The notes beneath the pieces were generated by a model. That model saw nothing but the letters and a program-made list of their open reading frames with translations, was not told the origin of the DNA and did not search any database. Made by a program: the position numbers and the translations under genes. This document shows, one piece after another, positions 48,175 to 57,038 of a stretch of 64,000 bases of DNA. The stretch is from Flavobacteriales bacterium. GTDB lineage: Bacteria; Bacteroidota; Bacteroidia; Flavobacteriales_D; Sanyastnellaceae. The stretch spans positions 310,034-374,033 of the forward strand of contig CBDCZM010000004.1 of NCBI GenBank assembly GCA_965224545.1. The letters are read 5' to 3'. Positions within the stretch are counted from its first letter, which is position 1, and every line of letters starts with the position of its first letter.

Positions 48175-49017
48175 TTAACTTAACACTAGTATTTCTGTAT
48201 CAATCACAAATAGTGTTGAAAGTCCTTTCCATTTCTCAGGATTTTCAATATGACTTAATTCCTGAAATGCCCTACAGGTTCTTTTTTGAATACGACCATG
48301 GCCAAAGTCATCCCAGATATGGGTTGATTGAGGATTTTCTAAAAGTATAGTATCTTTTATTGCTTGCTGTAGGTTACTTTGATTGGCTTTGACAGCCAAA
48401 ATATAATCAGCTCTGCTGTCAATAATCTTTTCTGCTATGCTTGTTTGGCATCCCATAGCATCAATCGTTACTGTACATCCACTCAAATAAAGTTGATCTA
48501 ATAAAACGGGTATTGCAGTAATTTCATTACTCTTCTCTTCGACTTTAATTTGTCCTAAAACAAGACAGTTGCTTGAGGCAAATGCTGAGACTATGTGGGA
48601 TATACTTTTGTCTTGTTTCTTAGATTTTGCTCCTCTCATACTCTTTCCATCTATGGCTACTACTTCTCCTTTGATTTCATCTCGAAAAGAAGCCATCCAA
48701 TTAATGAAACAAGAATTGAAAGACTTTGGGTCAAGAATCGAGAAAACACACTCTAAAGTATCCTCTGAAGGAATACCACTAGAAAAATCACCGTATTGTT
48801 TAAGCCATGATAGTTCAGACTCACCGAATACTCTAACTAATTTCCAACCATTTACCCCACACAGAATAGCTGATATCGTTAATAGTAGAATATCTGATAG
48901 TAGATGTCTTAAATTTCCTTTCTCTGTTCGTCTAGGATCTTCTAGATCTGAAAAAAATTCTTGAAATTGAACAAAAGAGAAGTCTCCTTTTACTGGAACC
49001 ATTGATTTTAGAGCCAA
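48175..49017 (-). pseudogene. ISAs1 transposase N-terminal fragment; last 4 codons read into the IS630 IR
   Basis: FFSDLEDPRRTEKGNLRHLLSDILLL... aligns to the N-terminus of the intact ISAs1 transposase. Terminal ..IDTEILVLS* where LVLS* is encoded by IS630 IR sequence. Confidence 0.75.
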
Positions 49018-49143
49018 CTTAAAGCCTAATACTACTGTAGAGAATGCAAGCTCTAAATCTATTCAAATAATAATTGTCAATTTCTTAAATGCGGTCGCCC
49101 TGCTGATAATGTATGGAATGAAAATATTGATCATATTCATTAT

Positions 49144-49327
49144 CCGACATTCCCCACCCCCTTTCAAAAAATGAGAATTTAACTTTTTTGGCACTCTTTT
49201 GACCTAACGGAGTACTTCATTTTCACCTTTCGAACACCAATTGCTTAACAAGATGAGATTGATTTGTTAAATTTTGAGCGAAACGGGTTGGAAATTTCGA
49301 TTTTCAAAACAGGGTGGGGAATGTCGG
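49144..49327 (+). repeat. MITE-like 184-bp element, copy 1 (16-bp TIRs ccgacattccccaccc), inserted in the coding region of the disrupted T9SS cargo gene
   Basis: Exact reverse complement of 62776-62959 (184/184). Terminal inverted repeats ccgacattccccaccc / gggtggggaatgtcgg. Flanking direct repeat ttat. Removing it plus one TSD restores the host reading frame. Confidence 0.8.
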
Positions 49328-49485
49328 TTATAGACATCTGACGCCAATAAAATGGTACCATCAGAGGCCAATTCCATCATATTGTTGATGCTTGAGATTT
49401 CATTATAAATCCTCTGAAATTGGTCCTGAGAAAGACCAACCAAAGAAGCAAGTGTGTAGAATAAGATTAATGTTGATGATTTCAT
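49328..49485 (-). pseudogene. N-terminal fragment (signal peptide + ~50 aa) of the T9SS cargo gene split by the MITE and the ISAs1 nest
   Basis: MKSSTLILFYTLASLVGLSQ signal peptide. In silico removal of the MITE (4-bp TSD) and the nest (10-bp TSD) joins this in frame to 44148-45570 (..ASDVYNEYDQYFHSIHYQRLSQDGTILQSQGISTMGASFRATT..). Confidence 0.7.
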
Positions 49486-49583
49486 TTCATATTTAAGTTG
49501 ATATACTTATATCGAATAGAGTTTAGAATGTCATCAAAAATCTGTTCATTTAGTCCCTAGGACTGGTGTATCTTAATCCGTTT

Positions 49584-49976
49584 TTAAAAATCAGAATCTG
49601 AAAAAGTGAGTAAGAATTCGTGTTCATAGGCAGAAGGAATTTTTCTAACATGGTCTGATTTAATGGTCCAGTTTTCATCTGTTTCAAAATCCTTAGTCAT
49701 TGTATCTGTTGAATTATAAATTAAGAACTTAGTGATATGGTTGCTAGGAGATCCTGATGATTCTCTTCCTCCGAGCATATCTCCTGTCATGACAATTACT
49801 TCCTTCCCTGAACTAATTGTTTGAAGTGTGTCAACACTAAAAAAACTCTCTATTTCTAAGCTGATATCAAAGGAAGAAGTGTTGTGAACCCGGTAGGTAT
49901 AGTTCGTACTTCCTTCACAAGAAGAAAGAACAACGATAAGCGATAGCAGCAAGAGAAAGTTTAGAATATTCTTCAT
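49584..49976 (-). CDS. Hypothetical lipoprotein
   Basis: Lipoprotein signal ...LIVVLSSC; 130 aa; no recognisable family. Confidence 0.4.
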   Translation of the reverse strand: MKNILNFLLLLSLIVVLSSCEGSTNYTYRVHNTSSFDISLEIESFFSVDTLQTISSGKEVIVMTGDMLGGRESSGSPSNHITKFLIYNSTDTMTKDFETDENWTIKSDHVRKIPSAYEHEFLLTFSDSDF

Positions 49977-50081
49977 ATCACTTAATACGAGCTTGAAAAA
50001 CTAAACCTTGGGTAAGAATGAAATTCAACACTTTATAATTGTTAAAAAGGGGGACTTTCAGCGAGAAGACTTTATTCTTGG

Positions 50082-50459
50082 CTAATCAATCTTCACGCAT
50101 CTAATTGAATTGGGCTCTTTTAGCTCTTCGGCATGTAAGATGATATGAAATGACTTATTCGTTTTTTCTACGATTTTAAAACAGGCTTCGACTCTACCCT
50201 TAGTATGATGAGATACCATCATACACAACTCTGAATTTTTAATTTTAAATGTTCCCTGATCCATTATTTCCTCTAGGTGAAAAAACGTGAATAGTGTATC
50301 TGTGAATTCATACCTGTAATCGTGGTCAAAATTAGTTCCTCCCAAAAATTCAATCATTTTCCACTTTCCTGCGAAATCGGAATTTTTGTATTGAGAACTG
50401 CATGAATTTAGAGTTATAGAAAAGGAGAATATGAGAAAAAGAATTGGTGCTAGTTTCAT
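50082..50459 (-). CDS. Hypothetical lipoprotein (lipocalin-like small beta protein)
   Basis: Lipoprotein signal MKLAPILFLIFSFSITLNSC; 125 aa. Confidence 0.4.
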   Translation of the reverse strand: MKLAPILFLIFSFSITLNSCSSQYKNSDFAGKWKMIEFLGGTNFDHDYRYEFTDTLFTFFHLEEIMDQGTFKIKNSELCMMVSHHTKGRVEACFKIVEKTNKSFHIILHAEELKEPNSIRCVKID

Positions 50460-50481
50460 GCTTATAGTTGTTAGAACATAG

Positions 50482-51558
50482 GGCTAAGTTCTAGTTAACA
50501 CAACATAAAGGTGTTATATTGTGTTTTATGGTAAGTAGTAAAGAAATAAAGGAGTTGTTTTCACGATTGTCGTTAGGGACTCAAGAAGCATTGCTAGAGG
50601 AATTATTGCAGGATCAGGAACTACAAGGAAAAGTTCTAGTCGATGCAACGAAAGAAGTTTCATCAAAGCGCGAGAAAAAACCCTGCCCTCATTGTAGTAG
50701 TACAAGTGTATATCGCAGAGGTCAACAAAAAGGAGTGGCGATGTACAGTTGCAAGGATTGTTTAAAATGGTACAGTGAAACCCCAGGCACTCCCTTGTAT
50801 GAGATAAAGCTAAAAAATAAGTGGCAAGCTTATCTCAAATGCATGGAACAGGGAATGCCGATAAAGAAGATTGCCAAGGAACTGGGAATTTGTATTCAGA
50901 CAAGTTTTGATTGGCGTCATAAGATTTTAAGCTCGTTGGAACAGTTTGCACCTGTAGAGCTTTCTAATGAAGTAGAGTGTGATGAGTTAGAGTTAGCCCT
51001 AAATAACAAAGGGAACAGGGATTTAGATAGAGCACCGAGAAAGAGAGGGAGTGATTTTAAAAGAAATCAAGGGAAAGACAGTATTACCGTAGTTCAGGTA
51101 GTTACAGCAGTAGAACGTAAGGGAGGCAAATACTTGAGAGCTGTGGCAACAAAACGGTTGAGCAAACAAGACATTTCAGAAGTACTAGACCATAGACTGG
51201 CAGATGATGCCACCTTAATAACCGACAAGCACCCTTCTTACAAGGCTTATGCAAAGGGAAAACCCTCTTTAAGACATAAAGCACTATTAGCTAAAGACCA
51301 TGTAGATAAAAAAGATAAGACCATACATCTTCAAAAAGTGAACAATACCCATGCACAGCTACGAAAATTCTTACTCCCCTTTAATGGTGTAAGCTCTAAG
51401 TATCTGCAAAACTACCTCAACTGGTATGCATACGCTGATAAAATACAGGGGAGCAAGCAAACCATAAAGCAATGGCTAATCGCAGTACTCTTAGCCGATC
51501 AGGGATACCAACTCTTCGAACTGTTTAAACAAAATGCTGTGCTAATTAGAACTTAGCC
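50482..51558 (+). mobile_element. IS1595-family insertion sequence copy 2 (12-bp IRs ggctaagttcta, 8-bp TSD GAACATAG)
   Basis: IR 50482-50493 is the reverse complement of 51547-51558. TSD gaacatag at 50474-50481 and 51559-51566. Confidence 0.8.
50528..51556 (+). CDS. IS1595-family transposase
   Basis: CPHCSSTSVYRRGQQKGVAMYSCKDCLKWY zinc ribbon. Colinear with the 45915 copy (..KTAFDWRHKILSS.., ..NSTHHRLKKW../..NNTHAQLRKF..). ATG at 50528. Confidence 0.8.
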   Translation: MVSSKEIKELFSRLSLGTQEALLEELLQDQELQGKVLVDATKEVSSKREKKPCPHCSSTSVYRRGQQKGVAMYSCKDCLKWYSETPGTPLYEIKLKNKWQAYLKCMEQGMPIKKIAKELGICIQTSFDWRHKILSSLEQFAPVELSNEVECDELELALNNKGNRDLDRAPRKRGSDFKRNQGKDSITVVQVVTAVERKGGKYLRAVATKRLSKQDISEVLDHRLADDATLITDKHPSYKAYAKGKPSLRHKALLAKDHVDKKDKTIHLQKVNNTHAQLRKFLLPFNGVSSKYLQNYLNWYAYADKIQGSKQTIKQWLIAVLLADQGYQLFELFKQNAVLIRT

Positions 51559-51728
51559 GAACATAGTTAAGTAATGATAGCGTATGAATATTTGTCTTTA
51601 TGAATATGGAACCTGAGTTAGTTGATATAAGTTTTTGTTGTGTTCAACAAAACCACTTATTAATTTCAAGTACTAAGATGGATTGTTATATAAATTTCAA
51701 TCCCTCCAAAAATTCTTTCTTCCTTCTT

Positions 51729-52319
51729 CTAGAAACCTCGATCTCTGTCCCGTCTGAAAGAACCACAGTTTCGGTTTCTGTCTTTGGTTAATGCTATTTC
51801 AGTGTATGAGGAATCAGAGGTACAGTACAGAATTTCATTTACTTCCACGAAATCAATCCTGTCTGCACTTTTAATAGCTATTCTCTTATTATTAGATTCA
51901 TTCTTAATGTTAGATAAGAGCGTGCTTATTTGTAAAGAGATCGTTTGTTTTTTTGAAATGGAGTTTTTCGTTCTATGAATAGTTTCTTCTAGCTCATCAA
52001 TATTAATAGGCTTTAGAAGGTAATCTATAGCACTGTATTTAAATGCTTTTACTGCATAATGATCATAGGCTGTGGTAAAAACCACCTCAAAATCAATTGT
52101 ATCAAACTTATCCAATAGGTTAAAACCTGTGCCATCTAGCATTTCCACATCCAGAAAAACCAATTGAGGTTTTTTTTCATTTATCAGAGTAACTCCCTCT
52201 TCTACAGAGCTGGCTTGTCCTAAAACAGAAACTTTTAAGTCGATGTTTTCAATTAGCTGTATAAGTACTTCTCTAGACTTTTTCTCATCATCAATTATTA
52301 CAGCAGTGGTCATAGTCAT
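51729..52319 (-). pseudogene. LytTR-family response regulator with complete receiver domain but truncated LytTR DNA-binding domain
   Basis: Receiver motifs (IIDDE.., LVFLDVEMLDGTGF, TTAYDHYAVKAF). The LytTR domain begins (RIAIKSADRIDFVEVNEILYCTSDSSYTEI) but only ~40 of ~100 residues are present before the reading runs into unrelated sequence and a stop. Cognate kinase is immediately upstream. Confidence 0.55.
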
Positions 52320-52527
52320 ATTTGTGGCTTTTAAAATTAGGTATTACATGAAGGTCTTGGTATGCCCTATCTTTTTCATCACTTTTCTTTGTAAACTTTT
52401 ATCCTAGTAGGAGAGTAAGATCCAAGTATGCAGTAGTGAAGGTCATTTAGTTTATTTATATGGGTGATGTTTTATTTTAACGAATTCGGATTATAAATAG
52501 TACGTACCAAAACAATGCCAAATCAAA

Positions 52528-55500
52528 TCATAATTGAAGTCTTACAATGACCTGTGTACCTCTACTTACTCTGTGTTTTTCTGTTGTTTCATATAAATCA
52601 ATAATTTCTACATTGACATCGTCAGACGCGTTAGTGTTTATGAGGTCTAATCGCTCTTTTGTCACCGACATACCTATGGATTTGTGATTGATATTTCTCG
52701 TAGCTTTTATCTCCATGGCTTTTTCTCGTCCAATACCATTATCTGTAATAATGCACTTTAGAGATTCGCCTTCGATATCAATAAAAATGTCAATGTTTCC
52801 TTTCTCTTTTTTATTCATTAAACCATGCCAAATTGCATTTTCTATGTAGGGTTGAATGAGCATCGATGGGATTTTATCATAATATGGATCTATTTCAGTA
52901 CCCATGGTGATTTTATATTCAAATTGCTCATCAAAACGCATTTTCTCCAGATCCAAATACAACTTTAGCATCTCTATTTCTTCATTCACAGTGATGAACT
53001 CCTGTTCAGATAAATTGAGCACCGTACGAATCAATCGAGAAAATTTAGTGATGTATCTATTCGTTTCTTTGAAATCGTTCTTTCCAATAAAATACTGAAT
53101 AGAATTTAGCGTGTTGAATATAAAATGAGGGTTCATTTGAGAACGAAGTGCTTTTAATTCAAGCTCAATCATTCTTTTTTCTGCTTCTGCAATTTTTTGC
53201 GCAGTATCATTTTTTTCAATCAACTGTTTTTCCCTGTACTTAAAAACGAAATAAATAGAGAATAAAATGACCCCTCCAGTTCCGGTAAGAAACCACCATG
53301 TTAACCAAAATGGGGGATGAATAGTAAAAGGAAGAGAAATTGGCAAGCTCCAATAACCATCTTCATTTTCAGCTCTTACTTCAAAAACATATTCATTATG
53401 ATATAATATGGGATACCGTATTTCACGTGTATTGGTAGTTATCCATACAGTATCTATTCCAAGCATACGGTATTGATACTTAATGTCTCCAGCACTTCTA
53501 TAATTTAATGCTTCGTAGGTAATTCGGATGTTATTCTCCTCATGATTTAATTCTATGTTTTCATCTGTGTGTTTTTCTTGTTCATTGGCATAGAAAGAAT
53601 TCACCCGCACAATTGGAGGAGTGGAGTTTGGCTGTAGAGTAGTTTTATCAAAGTATTCTAATCCTGTCGTTGTAGCCAGATATACTCTGTTTTCATGGGA
53701 ATTGATAGCATTGATTTCTTCAGAAGCTAGTCCGTGTTTTGAAGTCAGATTATAGACTTGATACTGAAGGGAATAGGTATTACAGCTCACTCTGGATAGT
53801 CCTTTATTTGTGCCAATCCAAATGTTTTTCTCAGCATCCACATGAATTTCCCGAACCAAATCACTGGCGAGGCCTTGGCCTTTATCTATGATGGTGACAA
53901 TGGAATCATCTGATAGAACAATCATTCCATGGCTTTTTGTGCCTAATAAAAGCACCTCCTCATTTAACTTGTTCATGGAGATTATAGCAGAAGATAAAAT
54001 TCCATTTTCACTAAATGGAGAAACTATTTGCCCATCCCGGTATATTCTTATTCCATCTTTAGTCCCTATCCATATCTCATCTTTGTATTTGATTACATCG
54101 TAACAAAACATTCTAAATTCAGTTGAATCATAAGACGCATAGATTTTTTGTTTGTTTTCCAGAATAGATATTCCACTACCATTCACACGGTAAACAGTAT
54201 TGGTATCGATAAAGAATGCCCTAGCAGATCCTGCAGTTGAATAATTTATTAGAGGCTGTTTCTTGCCACTTTTTAATTCAAATCGATCTAAGACCCCATG
54301 AGATCCGATGAATAAGGTTTTGCTATAGTCGTCGAATTTTATTGGAAAAGAACCATTGTGCATTGACGCTATTTTTTCAAATGGATCATGAATTTCATTT
54401 ATGTTTTGTAGGTATATGTTTCCCTTTTTGGAAGAAGTATAGAGGTCGTTGGATAAGGTGTCAATTTCTACAGAAGTAAGATTTTCAGAATTAAGAGTTT
54501 GGTGTATATTTTTGTTGGGCAAGTAATAAACACCTTCATCTAAAGACGTTAGCCACATGCCTTTTTCTTGGTCCATAGATACACTTGAAATGTTTTTTTC
54601 TTTTAGATATCTATTTATAATTACAACACTATCTTCAATAATTTCACATTCATAAACACCTTGTTGCCTGACAGACATCCACAATTTATTGTCTATTAGA
54701 ATTAAATCATTAACTATATTTTTTATAAAGCCTAATCCCTTAATTCTTCTAGTTTTTCCAGGGGTATGTAAATCAAAAAGAAAGGTGAAACTAGGAGCTA
54801 AATATAAAAATAGCTGATTTTTCATTTTTTTGGAAAAAGAATTACCTACTGCAGAAGGAGAGGACGACTCTAGATCATAATTGATAGGGTAACTATATGT
54901 GTTTTCTTTCTTTGAATCACAATCATTAAGTTGAACATTAACAGAATCCAAAAAGGTAGGCGCTTTTTTTTTGTACCAATCAGCTCCAAGGATCATTTCA
55001 CGTATAGCTTGGTCGGATTCTATGATTATGTTCATCATGTAAGCAGAATCATTTTCGGCAGAGTTTTGAATAATAGTACCCTCTTTTGTAATCCGGGTCA
55101 ATTTTGAAGCCGTTGTTGTAATCCAAATGGTTTCATCTACGTCGACACTGATTGACAATAATGCAGATGAATATTTCATTTTAGCACTTAATTCTTCATT
55201 GTATTTAAAAGGGTGGATGCTGTCATTTTCAAAATAGCATAGCTTAAAATTGAAAGTCCCAAACCAGATTCGATTTTTGTGATCTTCTGTGATTTTAAAA
55301 ACAGTATTATCTGTTAAACCATCGTTTGTGTTGAAATTTTGGAATTCATAGCCATTGAATCGGCTCACCCCAGCATCTGTGGCAAACCACATATATCCTT
55401 TAGAATCCTGAAAAGAATAATACACCTCAGAACTTGGGAGTCCATCTTTTACCGTATAATGCTTGTAAGAATGATTTTGACCAATCAATTTAATGGAGCC

Positions 55501-55548
55501 TAAGCAAATGACTGCTATACAAACTATCTCTTTCAATCCAATCTTCAA
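52528..55548 (-). CDS. Sensor histidine kinase: periplasmic beta-propeller repeats + Y_Y_Y domain, TM, LytS/YehU-type His_kinase + HATPase
   Basis: KALRSQMNPHFIFNTLNSIQYFI (His_kinase PF06580-type H-box); C-terminal HATPase; N-terminal two-component-regulator propeller repeats; 1006 aa. Apparent TTG start. Confidence 0.75.
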   Translation of the reverse strand: MKIGLKEIVCIAVICLGSIKLIGQNHSYKHYTVKDGLPSSEVYYSFQDSKGYMWFATDAGVSRFNGYEFQNFNTNDGLTDNTVFKITEDHKNRIWFGTFNFKLCYFENDSIHPFKYNEELSAKMKYSSALLSISVDVDETIWITTTASKLTRITKEGTIIQNSAENDSAYMMNIIIESDQAIREMILGADWYKKKAPTFLDSVNVQLNDCDSKKENTYSYPINYDLESSSPSAVGNSFSKKMKNQLFLYLAPSFTFLFDLHTPGKTRRIKGLGFIKNIVNDLILIDNKLWMSVRQQGVYECEIIEDSVVIINRYLKEKNISSVSMDQEKGMWLTSLDEGVYYLPNKNIHQTLNSENLTSVEIDTLSNDLYTSSKKGNIYLQNINEIHDPFEKIASMHNGSFPIKFDDYSKTLFIGSHGVLDRFELKSGKKQPLINYSTAGSARAFFIDTNTVYRVNGSGISILENKQKIYASYDSTEFRMFCYDVIKYKDEIWIGTKDGIRIYRDGQIVSPFSENGILSSAIISMNKLNEEVLLLGTKSHGMIVLSDDSIVTIIDKGQGLASDLVREIHVDAEKNIWIGTNKGLSRVSCNTYSLQYQVYNLTSKHGLASEEINAINSHENRVYLATTTGLEYFDKTTLQPNSTPPIVRVNSFYANEQEKHTDENIELNHEENNIRITYEALNYRSAGDIKYQYRMLGIDTVWITTNTREIRYPILYHNEYVFEVRAENEDGYWSLPISLPFTIHPPFWLTWWFLTGTGGVILFSIYFVFKYREKQLIEKNDTAQKIAEAEKRMIELELKALRSQMNPHFIFNTLNSIQYFIGKNDFKETNRYITKFSRLIRTVLNLSEQEFITVNEEIEMLKLYLDLEKMRFDEQFEYKITMGTEIDPYYDKIPSMLIQPYIENAIWHGLMNKKEKGNIDIFIDIEGESLKCIITDNGIGREKAMEIKATRNINHKSIGMSVTKERLDLINTNASDDVNVEIIDLYETTEKHRVSRGTQVIVRLQL

Positions 55549-56180
55549 TGCTTCTCAGTAAAATTCATATAGGCCGATCGGTCGGCTCTAATTATATTAC
55601 TAATGTATAACGACCATTCATTAGCTACGGTTGCAGTAGGTTCTATATAAACACACATCATATGGTCCAAATTATTGAAATTCCACGAAAATAGTTGTTC
55701 CACCTAGCATACCTGAACTTTTACGACTCATGATAGACATTTACTAATTTCACCATTAGTCCGCTAGTTGCAAATCGAAAGGGGTGAGTGGTTGTCCACG
55801 AAAAGTGTGAAATTCAACTTTTCGCACATCAGGGACACTGCTACAAACAAATGAACTATAGGAGGAACATAGAAAAGTTAGAATCTGGGAGATCAGAAAA
55901 TTTGAATTTGATTTTTTGTGGCTCCTTTTTTTCGTTCTTTTTTGGGAGCGCAAAAAAGAACAAGACGAAATTCAATCGATTAATTAGATGTGTTATTTAG
56001 AGTGATGATCCAATAGCTATCTGATTTGATCTGCAGAAAGCTCATCTATGATTGAACTATCTGGTATAGTCCATGGGAATCATCTAGATTAAAGAAATAG
56101 TATACACTTTTCATAGAGCCTTCGCACCCGATTTTCGTTTGGTACTCAAAGAGAAAAGGACCTTAAATAAGTTCTGTAAA

Positions 56181-57038
56181 TCAAAAAGCCAAGCCTACTC
56201 CAAATTTCATTCCTTTGAATTTAAAATTAGGATGCTCTTCTATAGTCTCTTGCAAGAGCCGAACCCTTTCCAGACTAAAATTGAAATGATAAACTTCCAA
56301 AGATAACTTCAGAGTATATTGAAATCCTCCTCCCAGTACATCTAGCATAAAGTCTTCTGGCATGGCATCACCCAGATTTTGCCAAGAAGCACCTATTCCC
56401 ACTTCAGGAAGCAGCCAAAACTGACCACTTTTTCTTACTAATTCTATCGGTTTGCTAAAGATCATTCCTGCATCTACATTGGACCATCTTTTTTCTTTAG
56501 TAGAAGTGTTTCCAAAAGCCACTCGATAGCTGTTTACAGAACCATAGTAGTTGTAGTTGATATACCCTCCAACTTGAAATCCATCTCCTTTTTGAAATCG
56601 AATTCCATAAAACTTGCCTTTATCCTCTAGTTGATCAAAACCTGGTAATTCATCTAAATTGAACGACGTAGAACCATAAATGAGTAAAAATTTATTTCTA
56701 TAGAAATGAGTGATTTTTTTCTTTGGGGGAGGTTGGTTACTATCAGTAGCACTTGGTTGTCCAGCACTTTTTGGAATATTTGGTTTTATTTTTTTTTCGG
56801 GTGTGTTCAAATTGCATGTTCCATCAGGATGGTTTTTATTGATCCAATTCTGAGCGACTGTTCTATTGGGAAGCTTTCTCTTAACCACAGTATAGGAACT
56901 ATTCAAAGTGTCTTGTGGTTGTACAATTTCCAGTTTTTGAGATTCAGTATTACAAACCACAATAAACTGAACAGATTGAGCACTGGTGTATTGCCAGGCA
57001 ACTATGGCTAGGATAGAGAGTATAACACGCATGGTCAT
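56181..57038 (-). CDS. Putative outer-membrane beta-barrel protein, translationally coupled to the upstream Cys-rich repeat protein
   Basis: Signal peptide MTMRVILSILAIVAWQYTSAQS; Pro/Lys-rich linker; C-terminal amphipathic beta strands ending ...KFGVGLAF (terminal Phe). Start overlaps the upstream stop by 1 nt. Confidence 0.45.
   Translation of the reverse strand: MTMRVILSILAIVAWQYTSAQSVQFIVVCNTESQKLEIVQPQDTLNSSYTVVKRKLPNRTVAQNWINKNHPDGTCNLNTPEKKIKPNIPKSAGQPSATDSNQPPPKKKITHFYRNKFLLIYGSTSFNLDELPGFDQLEDKGKFYGIRFQKGDGFQVGGYINYNYYGSVNSYRVAFGNTSTKEKRWSNVDAGMIFSKPIELVRKSGQFWLLPEVGIGASWQNLGDAMPEDFMLDVLGGGFQYTLKLSLEVYHFNFSLERVRLLQETIEEHPNFKFKGMKFGVGLAF

Larger units (their letters stand above)
46991..48189 (-). 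mobile_element. IS630/Tc1-mariner-family insertion sequence (15-bp IRs ctagtgttaagttaa) inserted into the ISAs1 transposase ORF; flanks contain TA
   Basis: IR 46991-47005 is the reverse complement of 48175-48189. Flanks are ..TTTAT| and |TATTT.., compatible with a TA target duplication. Two ORFs joined across an A8 run. Confidence 0.7.
45571..49102 (-). mobile_element. Second ISAs1-family element (IRs cagggcgaccgcatt, 10-bp TSD CTGATAATGT) carrying nested IS1595 and IS630 insertions inside its transposase gene
   Basis: IR 45571-45585 is the reverse complement of 49088-49102. Direct repeat ctgataatgt lies at 45561-45570 and 49103-49112. The transposase survives as an N-fragment (48175-49017) and a C-fragment (45570-45866), both homologous to the intact copy at 18305. 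Confidence 0.8.

Noticed and set aside
51600-51791. 63-aa plus-strand ORF between IS1595 copy 2 and the truncated response regulator
   Set aside because: It overlaps the degenerate 3' end of the regulator gene in an alternative frame and is most likely noncoding remnant sequence.
55756-56000. Two overlapping 65-70 aa ORFs in the kinase/beta-barrel intergenic region
   Set aside because: Lys/Ser-rich low-complexity translations of an A/T-run region containing the hairpin; no start context or coding periodicity.
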